Below the pieces are notes generated by a model that searched no databases, was not told the DNA's origin, and saw only the letters and a list, made by a program, of their open reading frames with translations. A stretch of DNA of 64,000 nucleotides, from assembly GCA_951406725.2 (NCBI GenBank), contig OX597818.1, positions 31,248,001 to 31,312,000 of the forward strand, given 5' to 3'. Shown piece by piece: positions 38,595-53,479 of this stretch. Both the position numbers and the translations under genes were made by a program. The DNA comes from Octopus vulgaris. Lineage: Eukaryota. Every line of letters starts with the position of its first letter. Position 1 is the stretch's first letter.

Positions 38595-40503
38595 CACACA
38601 CACATACACACACATATACACACACGTATATGTATCTATGTAGGTAAACATATGTTTATATGTTTGTGTATATATTATATATATATATATAATTATGTAT
38701 GGATGTGTGCACGTCTATACGTGTATAAATTTGTATGCGTATATGTATATATGCATATGTGTGCGTATGTGTGTATGTGTGTATGTGTGAGTGTGTCTGT
38801 ATGAGTGAATATATGTATATATACGCACATGCATATATATATATGCGCACATGAGTTTGTATATGTTCTTGCAATTGTTTGCGTGCGTGTGTTTGGATGT
38901 GTATGTGTGGATATGTGTGTGTGTACTCGTGTGCATTATGCACTCATAAGATGTACGCGTGCATAGTAATATATCCTTAAACATGCGTATGCATTCAGAT
39001 GAACGTTAATTCTGAGATAGTCGCACACGTACTTCCATAAGTACACGCATGCGTATTTGTTTAGAAATTGTTTATTTCCATTATTTTAATATAGCATTTT
39101 CTCTTGCTCAATTAAGTTGTCACTTAATTTGAAAACCCTGTTTACAAATAAATGACACAAGGGGCTACTGAGGCAACCTGCCCTGTGAACTCAATTTCTC
39201 CTGTTCCCATTTGAATCACGACAAAACTAAAAAGAAATAATATAAACCACCCCCCTAAAAACAAAGAAGGGAAAACGAACGCTAACGTAACAACATCATT
39301 AGCAACAAAAGCTAAGAAGTAAGAATGAATGTCAAATCTTTTTGCTATGGTTCCATCCATATCTGTTACGTTATTTCATGAAAGGAGACATTAACTTTCA
39401 CGTGAAGACGACAGAATTGTCTCACAGCGATGCGCATTCCTTATAAGAGAATACCTATGTCAAAATCAACCTCCGAGGTCAATTTTGAACATTACACAAG
39501 ATTTCTGTCTCCGCTTATACAGTCCACAACATTCTTCTGACAGCTATAATACTCTTTCTATACCGCACATCTCAAACCGTCATCTTGCATATTAAACTAA
39601 ATTTCTGTATGAATAGCAAATGTTATACTAGACAGACAGATTCTCCATTCATTTTCATGTCTTTTTTTATTTTTTATTTTTAACCAGACGCAAACGCATT
39701 AAATTTTATGGATGCAGGAAAATAGGATGATGTAATATTCATGCATTTCCCCAAATCATTTGCAACGGAAGTGAAACAAAATTGATTCAACTGAAAATGG
39801 AAACCAGATTGAATTCATGATAGGCTAAGAGGCTGCATCTTATATTTATTTTGTCGACTCCGGAAGAATTTGAACTTGCATTATATTTATTGATAAGCTT
39901 TAACATATAAACATAATGACAATAAATTCAAAAGTCGTCAATACATTTATGAAAGTAATTTGCTATGTAGACGAAATGAATTATCTTTTACTGTGGACTG
40001 AAGCTGAGTTATTAACTTAACCAATGAGTAGTTCACCTCTTCAATACAAACATATTTTACTTCAACATTAGCTTTGATTTTTTACTATGCACATGGTGGT
40101 CAAATCAGAAGCACACCAGCCCAAAATACGCTATGATATTTGGTGATTATGTCTATTGACGGTCTGATTTCAAATTCCAACTATATCGAGTTTGTGTTTG
40201 AGTCTTTCGCTTTCAATAAAAATAAATATTGTATACTATTTACTGTGTTGTAAAAGACTTATAATAATATGACAAATTCTATTTGCTTTACTCTATTGCA
40301 GTCTTTTTTATTGACCTACTCATTTTAGTTGCCACTAAGCATTAAAGATAGAATTATCTCTACAACTGACACTATGTTCTTTCAAATGATTAAATTATTC
40401 GAGTGTATTTTGGTGAACGTTGCATAAACGACATGATTTAACCTCCACAAAAAATAACTACAGTATACACACACATACATACATACATACATACATACAT
40501 ACA

Positions 40504-40539
<36 letters not shown>

Positions 40540-40944
40540 TATATGTATTGCAATTCGTATTATTATTTTATTATAGTGTTATATAACATAATAGTGTTGT
40601 AATGTAATGCAGTATAATGTAGACGTGTAGAGATGAATTCATTCTAGTATGAAAGCCAGCTAGTGAGTTCTGTTTATTTGTATATATCTTAGATATTCTT
40701 TCATATCGTTTTAATTGATGAGATCCATTTCCTTGTGTAAATTTGACTGTCGTAAAACATTACTTGCTTAGCAATTCTCATGAACCCATACATACCTCCC
40801 ATACACACCAACACACACTCATACATACACGCTCACAATTATACATGCATGGACACACACGCACATACAAGCACACACGCACACACATACAGAGTAACGT
40901 ACATTTACTCCAGACACAACCTCACGCGTACACACATACCCATA

Positions 40945-40991
<47 letters not shown>

Positions 40992-41289
40992 AGCATAACA
41001 CACACACTACATGTAAATACACGCATACACATACCTCAAACTACCAGTTATACACCTTTCTACTGGCCATTCTCCTACGCACATGTGTAGGGAGATACAC
41101 AACAGACAGCCGCTGCTACCAAAATTCTTACTATAAATTCTTCCTATGACCTGAAACGACACTAAGTCCAACCACACTCATACATCAACAGCCACAACCA
41201 CACACACACACATGCGCATACACGTGCTATCATTACACGCACACATACACAGAAACCTGCGCGCACGCACATACCTACACATATACACA

Positions 41290-41565
41290 AATACCTCCTT
41301 CTCTTGAACTCTCCTTTCTTTGAAGGAACTTTTTCTTCACCCATTCCCTTCCGGTCATTTCAATATGTGACCGCGTGTGTATCGTTGGCGATTTTCTTTC
41401 TCCGTCTTCCCTTCTTTGGATTTTTTCTATATTTCTGATGAAGAGCTGTGCTCGAAAAGTGAAATCCTCTTTCTTTTCTTTCCTTTCCTGAGCGTCCACT
41501 AACACTGCACTTATTCCACGTCCTCGCGTTGTTGTTTTTTCTTACTTGTTCATGTTTGGATTGAG
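41290..41565 (+). mobile_element. PLE pLTR-type repeat with hammerhead motif at 41431-41465
   Basis: attt-CTGATGA-a-gagc-tgt-gctc-GAAA-ag-TG-aaat followed by cctgagcgtc; related to 12030-12290. Confidence 0.7.
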
Positions 41566-41586
41566 TATATACATATATTTATATAC

Positions 41587-41648
<62 letters not shown>

Positions 41649-41871
41649 TTATTTATATATTAACAGAATGAGATAAAAAATCCAAGGCGCTGAATAGTTT
41701 TCAGAACATTTATAATACACGACCTACGTTGGACTCCTCATTCGTATCATTATCGAACCTGGAACTTTACTATAGTCTGTACATAGCACTTACTCAGCAT
41801 TACCTGACACCTTTGGGTCTTCTTAACACCAATACCTCTCATACCCTTGATATATATATATATATATATAT

Positions 41872-42238
41872 ACACTCTTTTACTTGTTTCAGTCATTTGA
41901 CTGCGGCCATGCTGGAGCACCGTCTTTAGTCGAGTAAATCGACCCCAGGACTTATTTTTTGTAAGCCTAGTATATATTCTACCGGTCTCGTTTTGCTGAA
42001 CCGCTAAGTTACAGGGACGAAAATACACCAGCATCGCTTGTCAAGCGATGTTGGGGAGACAAACACAGACACACAAACATATATACACACATACATATAT
42101 ATATGCATATATACGACAGGCTTCTTTCAGTTTCCGTCTACCAAATCTACTCACAAAGCTTTGGTTGGCCCGACGCTATAGTAGTAGACATTTGCCCAAG
42201 TTGCCACGCAGTGTGAATGAACCCGGAACCATGTGGTG
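41872..42238 (-). mobile_element. Family-A SINE, head truncated
   Basis: Sequence match to the other copies. Confidence 0.9.
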
Positions 42239-44167
42239 CAATAAGTAAGCGGTTTCTTTCCAATTAATGGTCCTATTTTCTACTGCACTGAAGCTGTTTC
42301 TTTTACAAATGTATAAAACTTCAGAAGTAATCTTCTTACGGTTTCTACCTCCCTGCTATCTTTCCTTATTGTTCACTCGCTTTCATGGGAGCATTTTATT
42401 TTACTTTCAATTTCCAGAAATGCTATTCTTAAATTGGCTTATTCCTGTCAATGGTTTGTCCATTTAAGCAATTTGAGAGCATTGTTCATCGCATGAAAAT
42501 GTTTTTGTCCCTGGAAATGATATATTTCTAAACATTGGTCTTCCCATCTGTAGCAGTTTTAATGAATATAGCTGGCTTTGTTGACATAAATTGCTACAGT
42601 TTCAAGTCAATGTCTTTCATAGAGAATACTCTGGGCCAGTTCTGTTTTGCAGAGCTCTTTCTTAATTGATTTCAAGTAAGCCTAATGGAAATCTAAGCTG
42701 TGGGGTTGAGTTAGACATTCTTTTGACCCATATATTGTTAGTTCTACTACAATATGGGAAAAAGACTAAAGTCTTCAGAAAATAGTCATGAATGTATTTT
42801 AATTGATAGCAGATAGTCTCCTACCTTTCTACTGATCAGATTCTAGAAATGTTTTAGTAGTAATGGAGGGACAAATAGGGTATGAGAGGAAGAGAATGAG
42901 AGAAAAAGGAAAGAGAGAAATGGGAGAGTAAAAGAGGAAGAGAGAAACAGAGAAAAAGAGAGAGGGAGAGAGAGAAAGAGAGAGAGAAAGAGGGAGAGAA
43001 AGAGAGAGCAAGAAATACAAAGGATAAAATGAAAAGTAAAGAAAAAAGATTGAAATGAACAGAGAGAGAAAGACAGATATATATATAGAGATAAAGAGAA
43101 AGAAAGAGAGAGAAAGATAAAGAGAGAGAGACAAACAGAGAAAGAGAGAGAGGAAGAGAGAGAAAGAGAAAGGAAGAGAGAGAGGAAGAGAAAGAGAGAG
43201 AGGGAGAGAGTGAGAGAGAGATCAAGAAATACAAAGGATCAAATGAAAATTAGAGAAAAAAGATTTAAATGAACAAAGACAGAAGGAGAGATAGTGAGAG
43301 AAAGATAAAGAGAGAGAGATAAAGAGAGAGAGATAAAGAGAGAGAAAGATAAAGAGAAAGAGAGAGAGAGAAATTCAAAGCAGCAGATGAAAAGTGAAGA
43401 AAAATTGAAATGAAGAGAGTGGGAGCAGGCGGAAATAAGAAAGACAAAGCGAGAAGGGGTGGGAGAGAATGTGTGAAAGGATGGAATAAAAGAGCAGATT
43501 TTGCCGTTAGACTGAACGAAAACAAGACAGAGTCAAAATGAAAGCCACGCCACGTATACAACTTCGTGAGATGCGAAGTATCTGCTAAATTACGAATAAC
43601 ATACAAAGAGCAAATGGAACAAAAGATAGTTCTCACTCCCGCTTTCTAATTTTTCTGCTCAGGCTGCTGCTACAAACTACTAAGCGAACTAACTACCAAA
43701 GCAAATAGTTGACCATTCGACACCAATGCCAAATTTAACAAAATGAAAAGCAAAAACAAAAACAAACTTAAATAAACAAAGAAAGCACTAAAAAGTAGAA
43801 GAAAGACAACATATACATTTTGCATTGGATTCATCACCAGCCCTTTGCATGGAGTGGAATTGTATCTCCTCTATTTTAATTATCAAAGGATGCACTTCAA
43901 CTTTTCCTTCTTTGCCATACTTTTAGTCCTGGACTGGATTCTTTATTTTCCTTTCAGTCCGGCAATCTTTCAATATTTACATAGCATAATTTCCTATACC
44001 GCAAGAAAAGCACTCTCTTAATTTCCACACTGGTACTGTTACGTTATTTTCTGAGTCATTAGATCATTGGACAAAATTCTTAGCGGTATTCCTTCCGACT
44101 CATTACGTTCTGACTTCAAATTCTACTGCGGTTCACCTCGCCTTTCAGACTTCCGCGGTCTATGAAA

Positions 44168-44380
44168 TACAAGGGAGTGCTGAAAATTTCCTGGCTTTGG
44201 GTAAAAGAAAATACAGGAGGATTAGTTAATTAGGATTTAATTCAACATATTCCACTTTCAGATTCATACACTTACAGCAGCGGTCCTTCGGGTTTTCTAG
44301 GCCATGTCAAAGAACTTGGAGGGTTGAGGTCTAAACCAGGCCTTTCGCACTATTCTTAAAAACAGGAACTATTCGGCACT
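44168..44380. mobile_element. Mariner-derived MITE inserted in a family-B SINE
   Basis: TIR-like ends tacaagggagtgctgaaaatttcctgg / caggaactattcggcac; same family as 57324-57512. Confidence 0.7.
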
Positions 44381-44654
44381 GGAGTCGATGTAATTGGCTA
44401 ACTCCTCACCCACAAATGTCAGGCTTTATGCCGCTATTAGAAATAGTCTTATTATTCGCGATGGAGTTCGGCATGTCTGTCGCTGGTAGATTATTAGAAA
44501 TTAAACACTTAGTTTACAGAATCTTAAAATCTTAATCTATAGTATGCTGATACTTTGTCAAGAAGAATGTTCTCACTCACTCACTCACTCACTCGCTCAT
44601 TCACTCACTCACACACTCTCACTCTTTCTTTCTCTCTGTCTATTTATATGCATC

Positions 44655-44689
<35 letters not shown>

Positions 44690-44692
<3 letters not shown>

Positions 44693-45020
44693 TGTGTTTA
44701 CGTCCCCGTTACTTCGGCAAAAAAGAGACCGATAGAATAAGTACTGGGCTTACAAAAAATAAGTCCCGGGGTCGATTTGCTCGACTAAAGGTGGTGCTCC
44801 AGCATGGCTGCAGTCAAATGACTGAAACAAGTAAAAGAGTATATATATATATATATAGGGAGAGTGTACAAAACAAACAGATGTATTAGTATAGCGCTCA
44901 AGAGTAGAAAAAGTCTTTTACGTTTTGAGCCTACGCTCTTCTGCAGAAAGGGACACAGAAAAAGACAAGGAGAGAAACAAGGAAGGAAAATATGTGTTGT
45001 GATTAACGATCTATCATGGC

Positions 45021-45025
<5 letters not shown>
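44690..45025. mobile_element. Family-A SINE tail (44690-44840, plus) followed by a PLE pLTR repeat with decayed hammerhead (44914-44950, minus)
   Basis: Minus strand cttt-CTGCAGA-a-gagcgtaggctc-AAAA-cg-TA-aaag is homologous to 12156-12193. Confidence 0.8.
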
Positions 45026-45107
<82 letters not shown>

Positions 45108-45276
45108 ATCTTTTAATTCGTTTAGGTAACGTTAGGGGTATGCCAATAAAGCTCTTATTTCATTATGCCGGTTACCGTTTAATGATACTGACTAGCGGGT
45201 TAGATTTTCGGTGTTGCATCATGGTTGTACCGATATAATGTGGGATAGATATAATAATAACAATAATGCCAGGATG

Positions 45277-45418
45277 GAATTTATAAATATTTAATACATC
45301 GCTACATACGTTTCCATAAATCAGATGATTTTGACATCAGAATCAGTGTCGTCTCTGATATCGAAATCGTCTGATCTGTGGAAACATACTTAGCGATGTA
45401 TTAAATATTTATAGATTC
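45277..45418. repeat. Fold-back with arms of about 65 bp and a 12-nt loop
   Basis: aatatttaatacatcgctacatacgtttccataaatcagatgattttgacatcaga / tctgatatcgaaatcgtctgatctgtggaaacatacttagcgatgtattaaatatt. Confidence 0.85.
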
Positions 45419-45428
45419 TGGTATTATT

Positions 45429-45461
<33 letters not shown>

Positions 45462-45463
<2 letters not shown>

Positions 45464-45765
45464 AGGCGCAATGGCCCAGTGGTTAGGGTAGCGAACTCGC
45501 GGTCGTAGGATCGCGGTTTCGATTCCCAGACTGGGCGTTGTGAGTGTTTATTGAATGAAAACACCTAAAGCTCCACGAGGCTCCGGCAGGGAGTGGTGGC
45601 GATCCCTGGTGTACTCTTTCGCCACCACTTTCTCTCACTCTTTCTTCTGTTGGCCTGCTCGCTTAGCCAGCGGGGTGGCGTCATTTGAAGGCTAAAACAA
45701 TGCGAGGAGCATTGTAACCAGTGATGTGTAGCATCACCTGATAGCCTTGGTCGGTCACGGTGATT

Positions 45766-45770
<5 letters not shown>
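45462..45770 (+). mobile_element. Family-C tRNA-derived SINE, full length, inside (TA)n
   Basis: ggaggcgcaatggcccagtggttagggtagcgaactcgcggtcgtaggatcgcggtttcgattccc head. Confidence 0.9.
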
Positions 45771-45816
<46 letters not shown>

Positions 45817-46945
45817 GCATATACATTCTTTTTTCAACTTTCTATAATTACCTGCATGTACGTGTGTCTGCATGCGCGCACACACGAAAGTGTGTGTGTG
45901 TGTGTGTGAGAGTGCGTGTGTGTGTGTGTGCATGCGTGTGTGTATATATCTATATATGCATGATACATGCAAAAATGATATGTATGTATACATATATATT
46001 TAATATATAATCCATATATTTGTCTATGTATAAGTATATTATAATGGAGAAGATTACTTAATAATTAGTTGTAAGTATGTGACCTTTACTAAAAGAAAAC
46101 AAATATTCATTGCTGCGTTACGCAGAAAATTCTGGTTTTAACATATTTTTATCAAAATGCCGTTTTGAAGTTGCTTATATTATTGAGTATTTCTTGTATA
46201 CATCAAAACTCACAGTGGCATTATATTTCTTACATCAAAACTCGCTTACATCAAAACTCACAGTGGCATTATATTTCTGGAGATATAAACGTTGCCCAAA
46301 TATTGGTAGCGCTACTTTCTACACATTACAAGTTTAATTAAGTGCCTATCAAATATAATGATTCCAGTATTCTTTCATATTTGTTGGGTGTTGTTGAAGA
46401 AATAGAAGTTGAATAATATAAGTAGTTTTAATTTGGGTCAATTTGTCATGTTCAGGAAAATGGGTATCTTTTAATGTAATTTTATATATATATATATATA
46501 AAGGCACACTAAATGCTTGATAGTTTATGTGATGTAGTGTGCAGCTCGAGAAACATATTCCATTGGATGGAGTGAAATACTTGGAATGTCAGCAATATTT
46601 TGTTGTTTCATAAGGACATGCATATGAAAGCAGAAACAGCTTACTTAGTTAATCATTTTTCTTCTTTCATTGTTTTGATTCTTTTCCTCGTGTAGGAGAG
46701 TTTAGTCCTTCCACGTTGACACCGAATGAGGGTAGGTTAAGATATATATATATTTTTTAAAAGCTAGCTGCCATTGTTTCCTATATGTCTTAGAGTTTGC
46801 GTTTTGGAACTGTCTCTCTAGAGATAAACATAAGCATCATTAGATTTGACAAATTAGGACAGTTGACACTAAAACCAAAAGCTCATATATATATATTTCC
46901 CTCTTCTTCCCATCTATTTACATCTCACTGAAACTGGACGTACAT

Positions 46946-47102
46946 TTCAGAAGGACAGACATTAAAACCGAGATCGATGTCCTTAGAAACGAGAAAAAAA
47001 ATAACCACTAAGAAGGATATTAGGGGAAAAGAAGTACATCTCAACGAACGAAACACATTATATTATACTGCTACTCCTGCTGCCACAATAACAACAACAA
47101 TA

Positions 47103-47162
<60 letters not shown>

Positions 47163-47723
47163 GATTTCAAATTTTGGTACAAGGCCAGCAATTTTAGGGG
47201 AGGAGTAAGTCAATTACATCGACCCCAGTACTCAGTTGGTACTTATTATCGACACCAAAATGATGAAAGGCAAAGTTAACCTCGGCAGAATTTGAAATCC
47301 AAACATAAAGACGGACGAAATACCATCAAGCATTTTGTCCGGCGTACCAACGATTCCGTTAGTTCGCTTGTTGATAATCAATGATGATGATGATGATAAC
47401 GATAAGATTCATAATAATAATAATGGTTTCAAATTTTGCGACAAGGGCAGCCATTTTGGAAGAAGGGATAAGTCGATTACATCGACCCAGTGTTTCACTG
47501 GTACTTAATTCACCGACACCCCGAAAGAATGAAAGGCAAAGCCGACCTCGACGGAAGTTGAACTCAAAACGTAGCGACGGGCAAAATACCGTTAAGCCAG
47601 TGTGCTAGCTATTCTGCCACTGCTTTGATATTGTTCATAATCAATGATGATGATGATGATTATGATGATAATCATGACGATAAAATTGATAATAATGATA
47701 ATAACAATAATAATAATAATAAT

Positions 47724-47809
<86 letters not shown>

Positions 47810-48914
47810 TCCTTCGGAAACATGGGTGTTTCGTTCAACATACTTAAACAATCCTTATTAAGGGACCTCTTAACTGATTGGAGGTGTCATCATGTACATT
47901 GGTTTGTCTTGGTATAAAAGATGGGCTACAGCAAATACTTTACTCAATACTACAGCTTTGCTTGTCAGTTGTTTGACCTTAACCAGTTGAGCATGTCCCT
48001 TAGTGGTGTACGACATGTGCATCTCTGATCACGAGCAGAAGTAGTTGGGGAGTATCATAGCCATGTGTTGAGAGGAATTCTTTGGGATTTGAATATTTCA
48101 CCTCTGGAAACATGGGTGTTTCGATCAACATCCTTAAACAGTCCTTATTTAGGGACCTCTTGAGTGGAATGGGCTACTCAACTTGAAGAAAATTTTAATT
48201 GGGCCCCACCTGCAAGGTCATGTGCTGTTTATCTTGATATGAGATCACCATGTCGCGCACATATGGTTGTGATGCATGTGCCTGGTGTACCCTTATCAGA
48301 CGGGTAGTCATGATGGGTATACTGGGCTTCGTATATTTTACCCCAGTGTCACTTTGATGGCATGCTCTGCTCGCTCACTCAATAATAATAATAATAACAA
48401 TCCTTCGGAAACATACATTGGTTTGTCTTGGTATAAAAGATGGGCTACAGCAAATACTTTACTCAATACTACAGCTTTGCTTGTCAGTTGTTTGACCTTA
48501 ACCAGTTGAGCATGTCCCTTAGTGGTGTACGACATGTGCATCTCTGATCACGAGCAGAAGTAGTTGGGGAGTATCATAGCCATGTGTTGAGAGGAATTCT
48601 TTGGGATTTGAATATTTCACCTCTGGAAACATGGGTGTTTCGATCAACATCCTTAAACAGTCCTTATTTAGGGACCTCTTGAGTGGAATGGGCTACTCAA
48701 CTTGAAGAAAATTTTAATTGGGCCCCACCTGCAAGGTCATGCGCTGTTAATCTTGATTTCGGAAGGACAGACATTAAAACCGAGATCGATGTCCTTAGAA
48801 ACGAGAAAAAAAAAACCCACTAAGAAGGATATTAAGGAAAAGAAGTACATCTCGACGAACGAAACACATTATATTATACTGCTACTCCTGTCGCCACAAT
48901 AACAACAACAACTA

Positions 48915-48963
<49 letters not shown>

Positions 48964-49118
48964 GTAATGATTTCAAATTTTGGTACAAGGCCAGTAATTT
49001 ACTATGTCACGCACATATGGTTGTGATGATGTGCCTGGTGTGCCCTTATCAGACAGGTAGTCACGATGAGTATACTGAGCTTTGTATATTTTACCCCAGT
49101 GTCACTGCTCTCTCACTC

Positions 49119-49120
<2 letters not shown>
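46946..49120 (+). repeat. Complex local duplication involving a LINE 3' UTR with (AAT)n tail (Dong-like) and family-B SINEs
   Basis: 46946-47195 is copied at 48756-49000; 47895-48237 at 48413-48755; 48250-48380 at 49003-49120. Confidence 0.85.
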
Positions 49121-49151
<31 letters not shown>

Positions 49152-49167
49152 TATAATAATAATAATG

Positions 49168-49211
<44 letters not shown>

Positions 49212-49212
49212 T

Positions 49213-49296
<84 letters not shown>

Positions 49297-49312
49297 TATA
49301 ATAATAATAATG

Positions 49313-49361
<49 letters not shown>

Positions 49362-49369
49362 TAATAATG

Positions 49370-49406
<37 letters not shown>

Positions 49407-49486
49407 TAATAATAATAATAATAATAATTATTATTATAATAATAATAATGATAATAATAATAATAATAATTATAATAATAATAATG

Positions 49487-49542
<56 letters not shown>

Positions 49543-49566
49543 TATAATAATAATAATAATGATAAC
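49119..49566. repeat. Long interrupted (AAT)n microsatellite of about 450 bp
   Basis: Direct reading. Confidence 0.97.
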
Positions 49567-49901
49567 AAGAACAAAAATAGTAATTCTTTCAAATTTTGGC
49601 AGAAGGAAAACACTGTTTGATGGGGAGGGGAGCCAATTACATCGGTCTCAGTGCAAATCTGGCACTTATATAAATCCTAAAAGGATAAAAGGCAAAGTTG
49701 ATAGCAGTATCATTTGAACGTAAAGAACCGGGAGGAATACCGATACGCATTTTATTCGACGCACTGTGATGGCAGGGATTACGACAGTAATGATTATAAC
49801 TTTATTGTTTCCTGATGAAGCGAGATCAATGTCAATGACAATATACAGAAGCTGATACAAAGTGAATAACTTCGATCTCTACGTTACAACATATAGCAAG
49901 T

Positions 49902-49964
<63 letters not shown>

Positions 49965-49998
49965 TACATACATACAAACATACAAACATATATACATA

Positions 49999-50379
49999 CA
50001 CTACCGTCAGAAATTAATTAGCACCCTTGATTTGCTCTTCACTCAAGGTATGTGCTGTCACCTAGTGGCCATATCTCGAACTATTGCTTTGTTGCGAGTT
50101 CACTGTTGCGCAGAACGATGACGTAACTTTGTTTGCAGAGCAGTTTGAGAGTCTACAGCCTTATGATGTTGACATAACAGTGCAACAACAACTTGGAGTG
50201 CGGATGCAGACAAATCTTCCTTTGTTTAATAGATATAGGTAGCGCCTCGCAAGGACCGAAATCACACCATACTAAGTTTTCTCATCGCGTAAGACGTTTT
50301 GAACAGCTCATAAGGTTAATTGATTTAACCTATTTAATGTAGAAATTTGAGAAGTGCTAATTAATTTCTGACGCAAGTG
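49999..50379. mobile_element. Tc1-type non-autonomous element (MITE) with TA target duplication
   Basis: ta|cactaccgtcagaaattaattagcac ... gtgctaattaatttctgacgcaagtg|ta. Confidence 0.88.
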
Positions 50380-50417
50380 TACATACATACCTACATACAT
50401 ACATACATACATACATG

Positions 50418-50483
<66 letters not shown>

Positions 50484-50485
<2 letters not shown>

Positions 50486-50713
50486 GCGGCGAGCTGGCAG
50501 AAACGTTAGCACGCCGGGCGAAATGCGTAGCCGTATTTTGTCTGCCGTTACGTTCTGAGTTCAAATTCCGTCGAGGTCGACTTTGCCTTTCATCCTTTCG
50601 GGGTCGATAAATTAAGTACCAGTTACGCACTGGGGTCGATGTAATCGACTTAATACGTTTGTCTGTCCTTGTTTGTCCCCTCTGTGTTTAGCCCCTTGTG
50701 GGTAGTAAAGAAA
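50484..50713 (+). mobile_element. Family-B tRNA-derived SINE, full length, inside (TA)n
   Basis: ggcggcgagctggcagaaacgttagc (A box), gagttcaaattcc (B box), gcctttcatcctttcggggtcgataaattaagtaccag body. Confidence 0.92.
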
Positions 50714-50915
50714 TATATATATATATATATACATACACACATATATATGTGTGTGTGTGTGTGTGTATGTGTGCGTGTGTATGTGTGCGTGTGAGTGTGT
50801 GTGTGAAAGTGCCAGTGTGTATTTATGTATTTATGTATATATACGTATATGTATAGGTGTGTATATATATACATATATGTGTATATGTATATATATGTAT
50901 GTATATATATATATG

Positions 50916-50986
<71 letters not shown>

Positions 50987-51218
50987 ATGTATATTTTATT
51001 AAGGGAATTACACGTAAATGCCTCACGCTATGAGAGGCTCTTAAAGTCAAAACTTCCATAGTAAATATACAGTGTACAGACAGCGAGGGAATGCAAGTTG
51101 GAAGCCAACCCTTAAAAACAGATTCAGCCGCAAATCATATTTAAAGGAAATAATTACAAAATTTTTCCTTATAAGGTTTTCACACTGACTACTTGATAAA
51201 TTCTTATAAATACTGTAT

Positions 51219-51260
<42 letters not shown>

Positions 51261-53264
51261 TATATACACACACACACACACACGTACATACACATGCATA
51301 TCCATATACATATATGCACTGACATACAAATATATATGTATGTGTGCATGTATGTGTCTGTTTATTTGCGTCGTTATATGAACTTTGTGTATATTTATGT
51401 TATTACACAATGCATTTAGAAATATATAAATAATTTGTTTTTATATGTCTAAAATATTCAAAATATCCCTTCCTTTATTTCTTATCTGCTTTTTCTGTGG
51501 CTCTGTGTTTGTCCCTCTCTCTCTCCCCCCTTTTCTTTAGAGGACGAAAGAATTAGGATGCGGCAGAAGAAAAAAAAGTATTATATGTGTAGTCTCGTTT
51601 GGTGGTGCTGCATCTTTGGTGGTAGACGGAGAACGAACGAGATAGACAGATGAAGAAAATGAGAGGGAGATTAATGGAAAACAGAGAGGGTGAACATCAT
51701 AATGAGTGGAAAATTCAAACAGTATTTAGATGGATGGAGAGGAAAGTAGAAATGACTGTTATGTGGGAGAAGACTGCTTAAAAAATAAAAAAGGGTGAGC
51801 AAGGAAAGATACACAAGTAACGGACATTGATTTCAGCATTTAGATTTCAATTAAGATGGCGGTGGCTATGTGACCATTCCGGTTTTGACCCGCAAACTGA
51901 TCTGACCAGGGAAGCGAAAGCTCGTGACACTCCCTCAGTAAATAATAAGCAAGTATATAAATAGAAGTTATGATAAAACAACAACAATAACAATAATAAT
52001 AATACTCATCCGAGCCACCATTTCTAACGGTTACAACAATAATAACATGAACAACGTTAGCAACAATGATACCAATAATATGAACAACGAAATATATGCA
52101 CACACACACACACATACGTCCTCGTGCACACACACACACACACAAGTACACACACTCAAATGCATGTATGTATGACGAAAAAAAAAAGGCGAGACAAGAA
52201 CGAAAGGAAGAAAACAAGTCAATAAAGCTTATATTTTTCCCATCAATTCTATTTCTATTGTGATTATGCTGTGGTGATAACGTCAAAGCAATTAAACATT
52301 GAGACGGCGAGAGTGAGAGAAAGACAAAGGGAAAGTGAAAGTACGAAAAAAGAGACCAAAGACGAGAGAAACGACAGATTATAGAGGGAATGAGTGAGAG
52401 GGGGGAGAGAGAGAGAAAGGGTAAGAGAAAGGATAAGTTTTGGGTGAGGGCGACGTGAGAGGAGAAACAAAGAAGGCGATTGGACAAGAAGAAGGGAATA
52501 AGACAAGAGTAAAAGAGGATGAAATATCGCTCGTTGGAGAGAAGGAAAACATTGCGAAGGAAGCTATATATATCTTTTTATTATATACATTCAAATATAC
52601 ACATGCTCTCATACTTGCATATAAATAAATACACACACACACACATACTTACATGCATGCATATATAACATACAAACGTACGTACGTATGTATGTATGTA
52701 TGTATTTATATCATTGCAAATATATATGTGTGTATACAAGTACATTTGCATATATGCATAGACACTTACATCTGCACAGAAAAACACACAGACACATACA
52801 CACACAAACACACATATATACTCATGTATATATATGATACACACTTATGTACACATTGGTAGATATACATGTATAGAGAGAGGGACAACAGGAAAGAAAG
52901 ATATTCAAAATCAGTGGACGTTAATATAGAAGATGTAAATAAGAGAGAGAATGGATATATGGGAGAAAGTGTGAGAGACGGATATGGGGAGAGAGAGGGA
53001 GATGAGAAGAGAGAGAAAGGAGAAGAGAGAGAAAGGGAGAGGAGAAGAGAGAGAGAGAGAGGAGAAGAGAAAGAGAGGGAGATGAGGAGAGAAAGTGAGA
53101 GGGGAGGAGGAGAGAGAGGGACAGATGAATAGAACAAGAGAGGAGGAGAGACAACAAAGGATAAAAGTATTTCAAATGAAGAATGATGGAAATACTTTTT
53201 GAATGATTAATAAGATGAAACCAACTGAAAAAAGCCGTGGCAGACTATGTGCGTGTCGGTAAAT

Positions 53265-53326
<62 letters not shown>

Positions 53327-53479
53327 ATACACACGCACGCACGCACAATAACAAAGCGGCTATAAGCAATATAAAACCAAACAAAAAAAGAATTCAATTG
53401 TCATTAATTGTGACTGACAGTGAAGGGTAGCACCTACATTTCTCGAAATAAGGGGTAAAAAAACCTTCTTAGCCGCAAA

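Noticed and set aside
41435-41450. ctgatgaagagctgt as miR-745
   Set aside because: The 5' seed (agctgcc) is absent; the sequence is a hammerhead core and stem II.
45462-45535. tRNA gene
   Set aside because: The tRNA-like head continues into a SINE body present in other copies; the same holds for families A and B.
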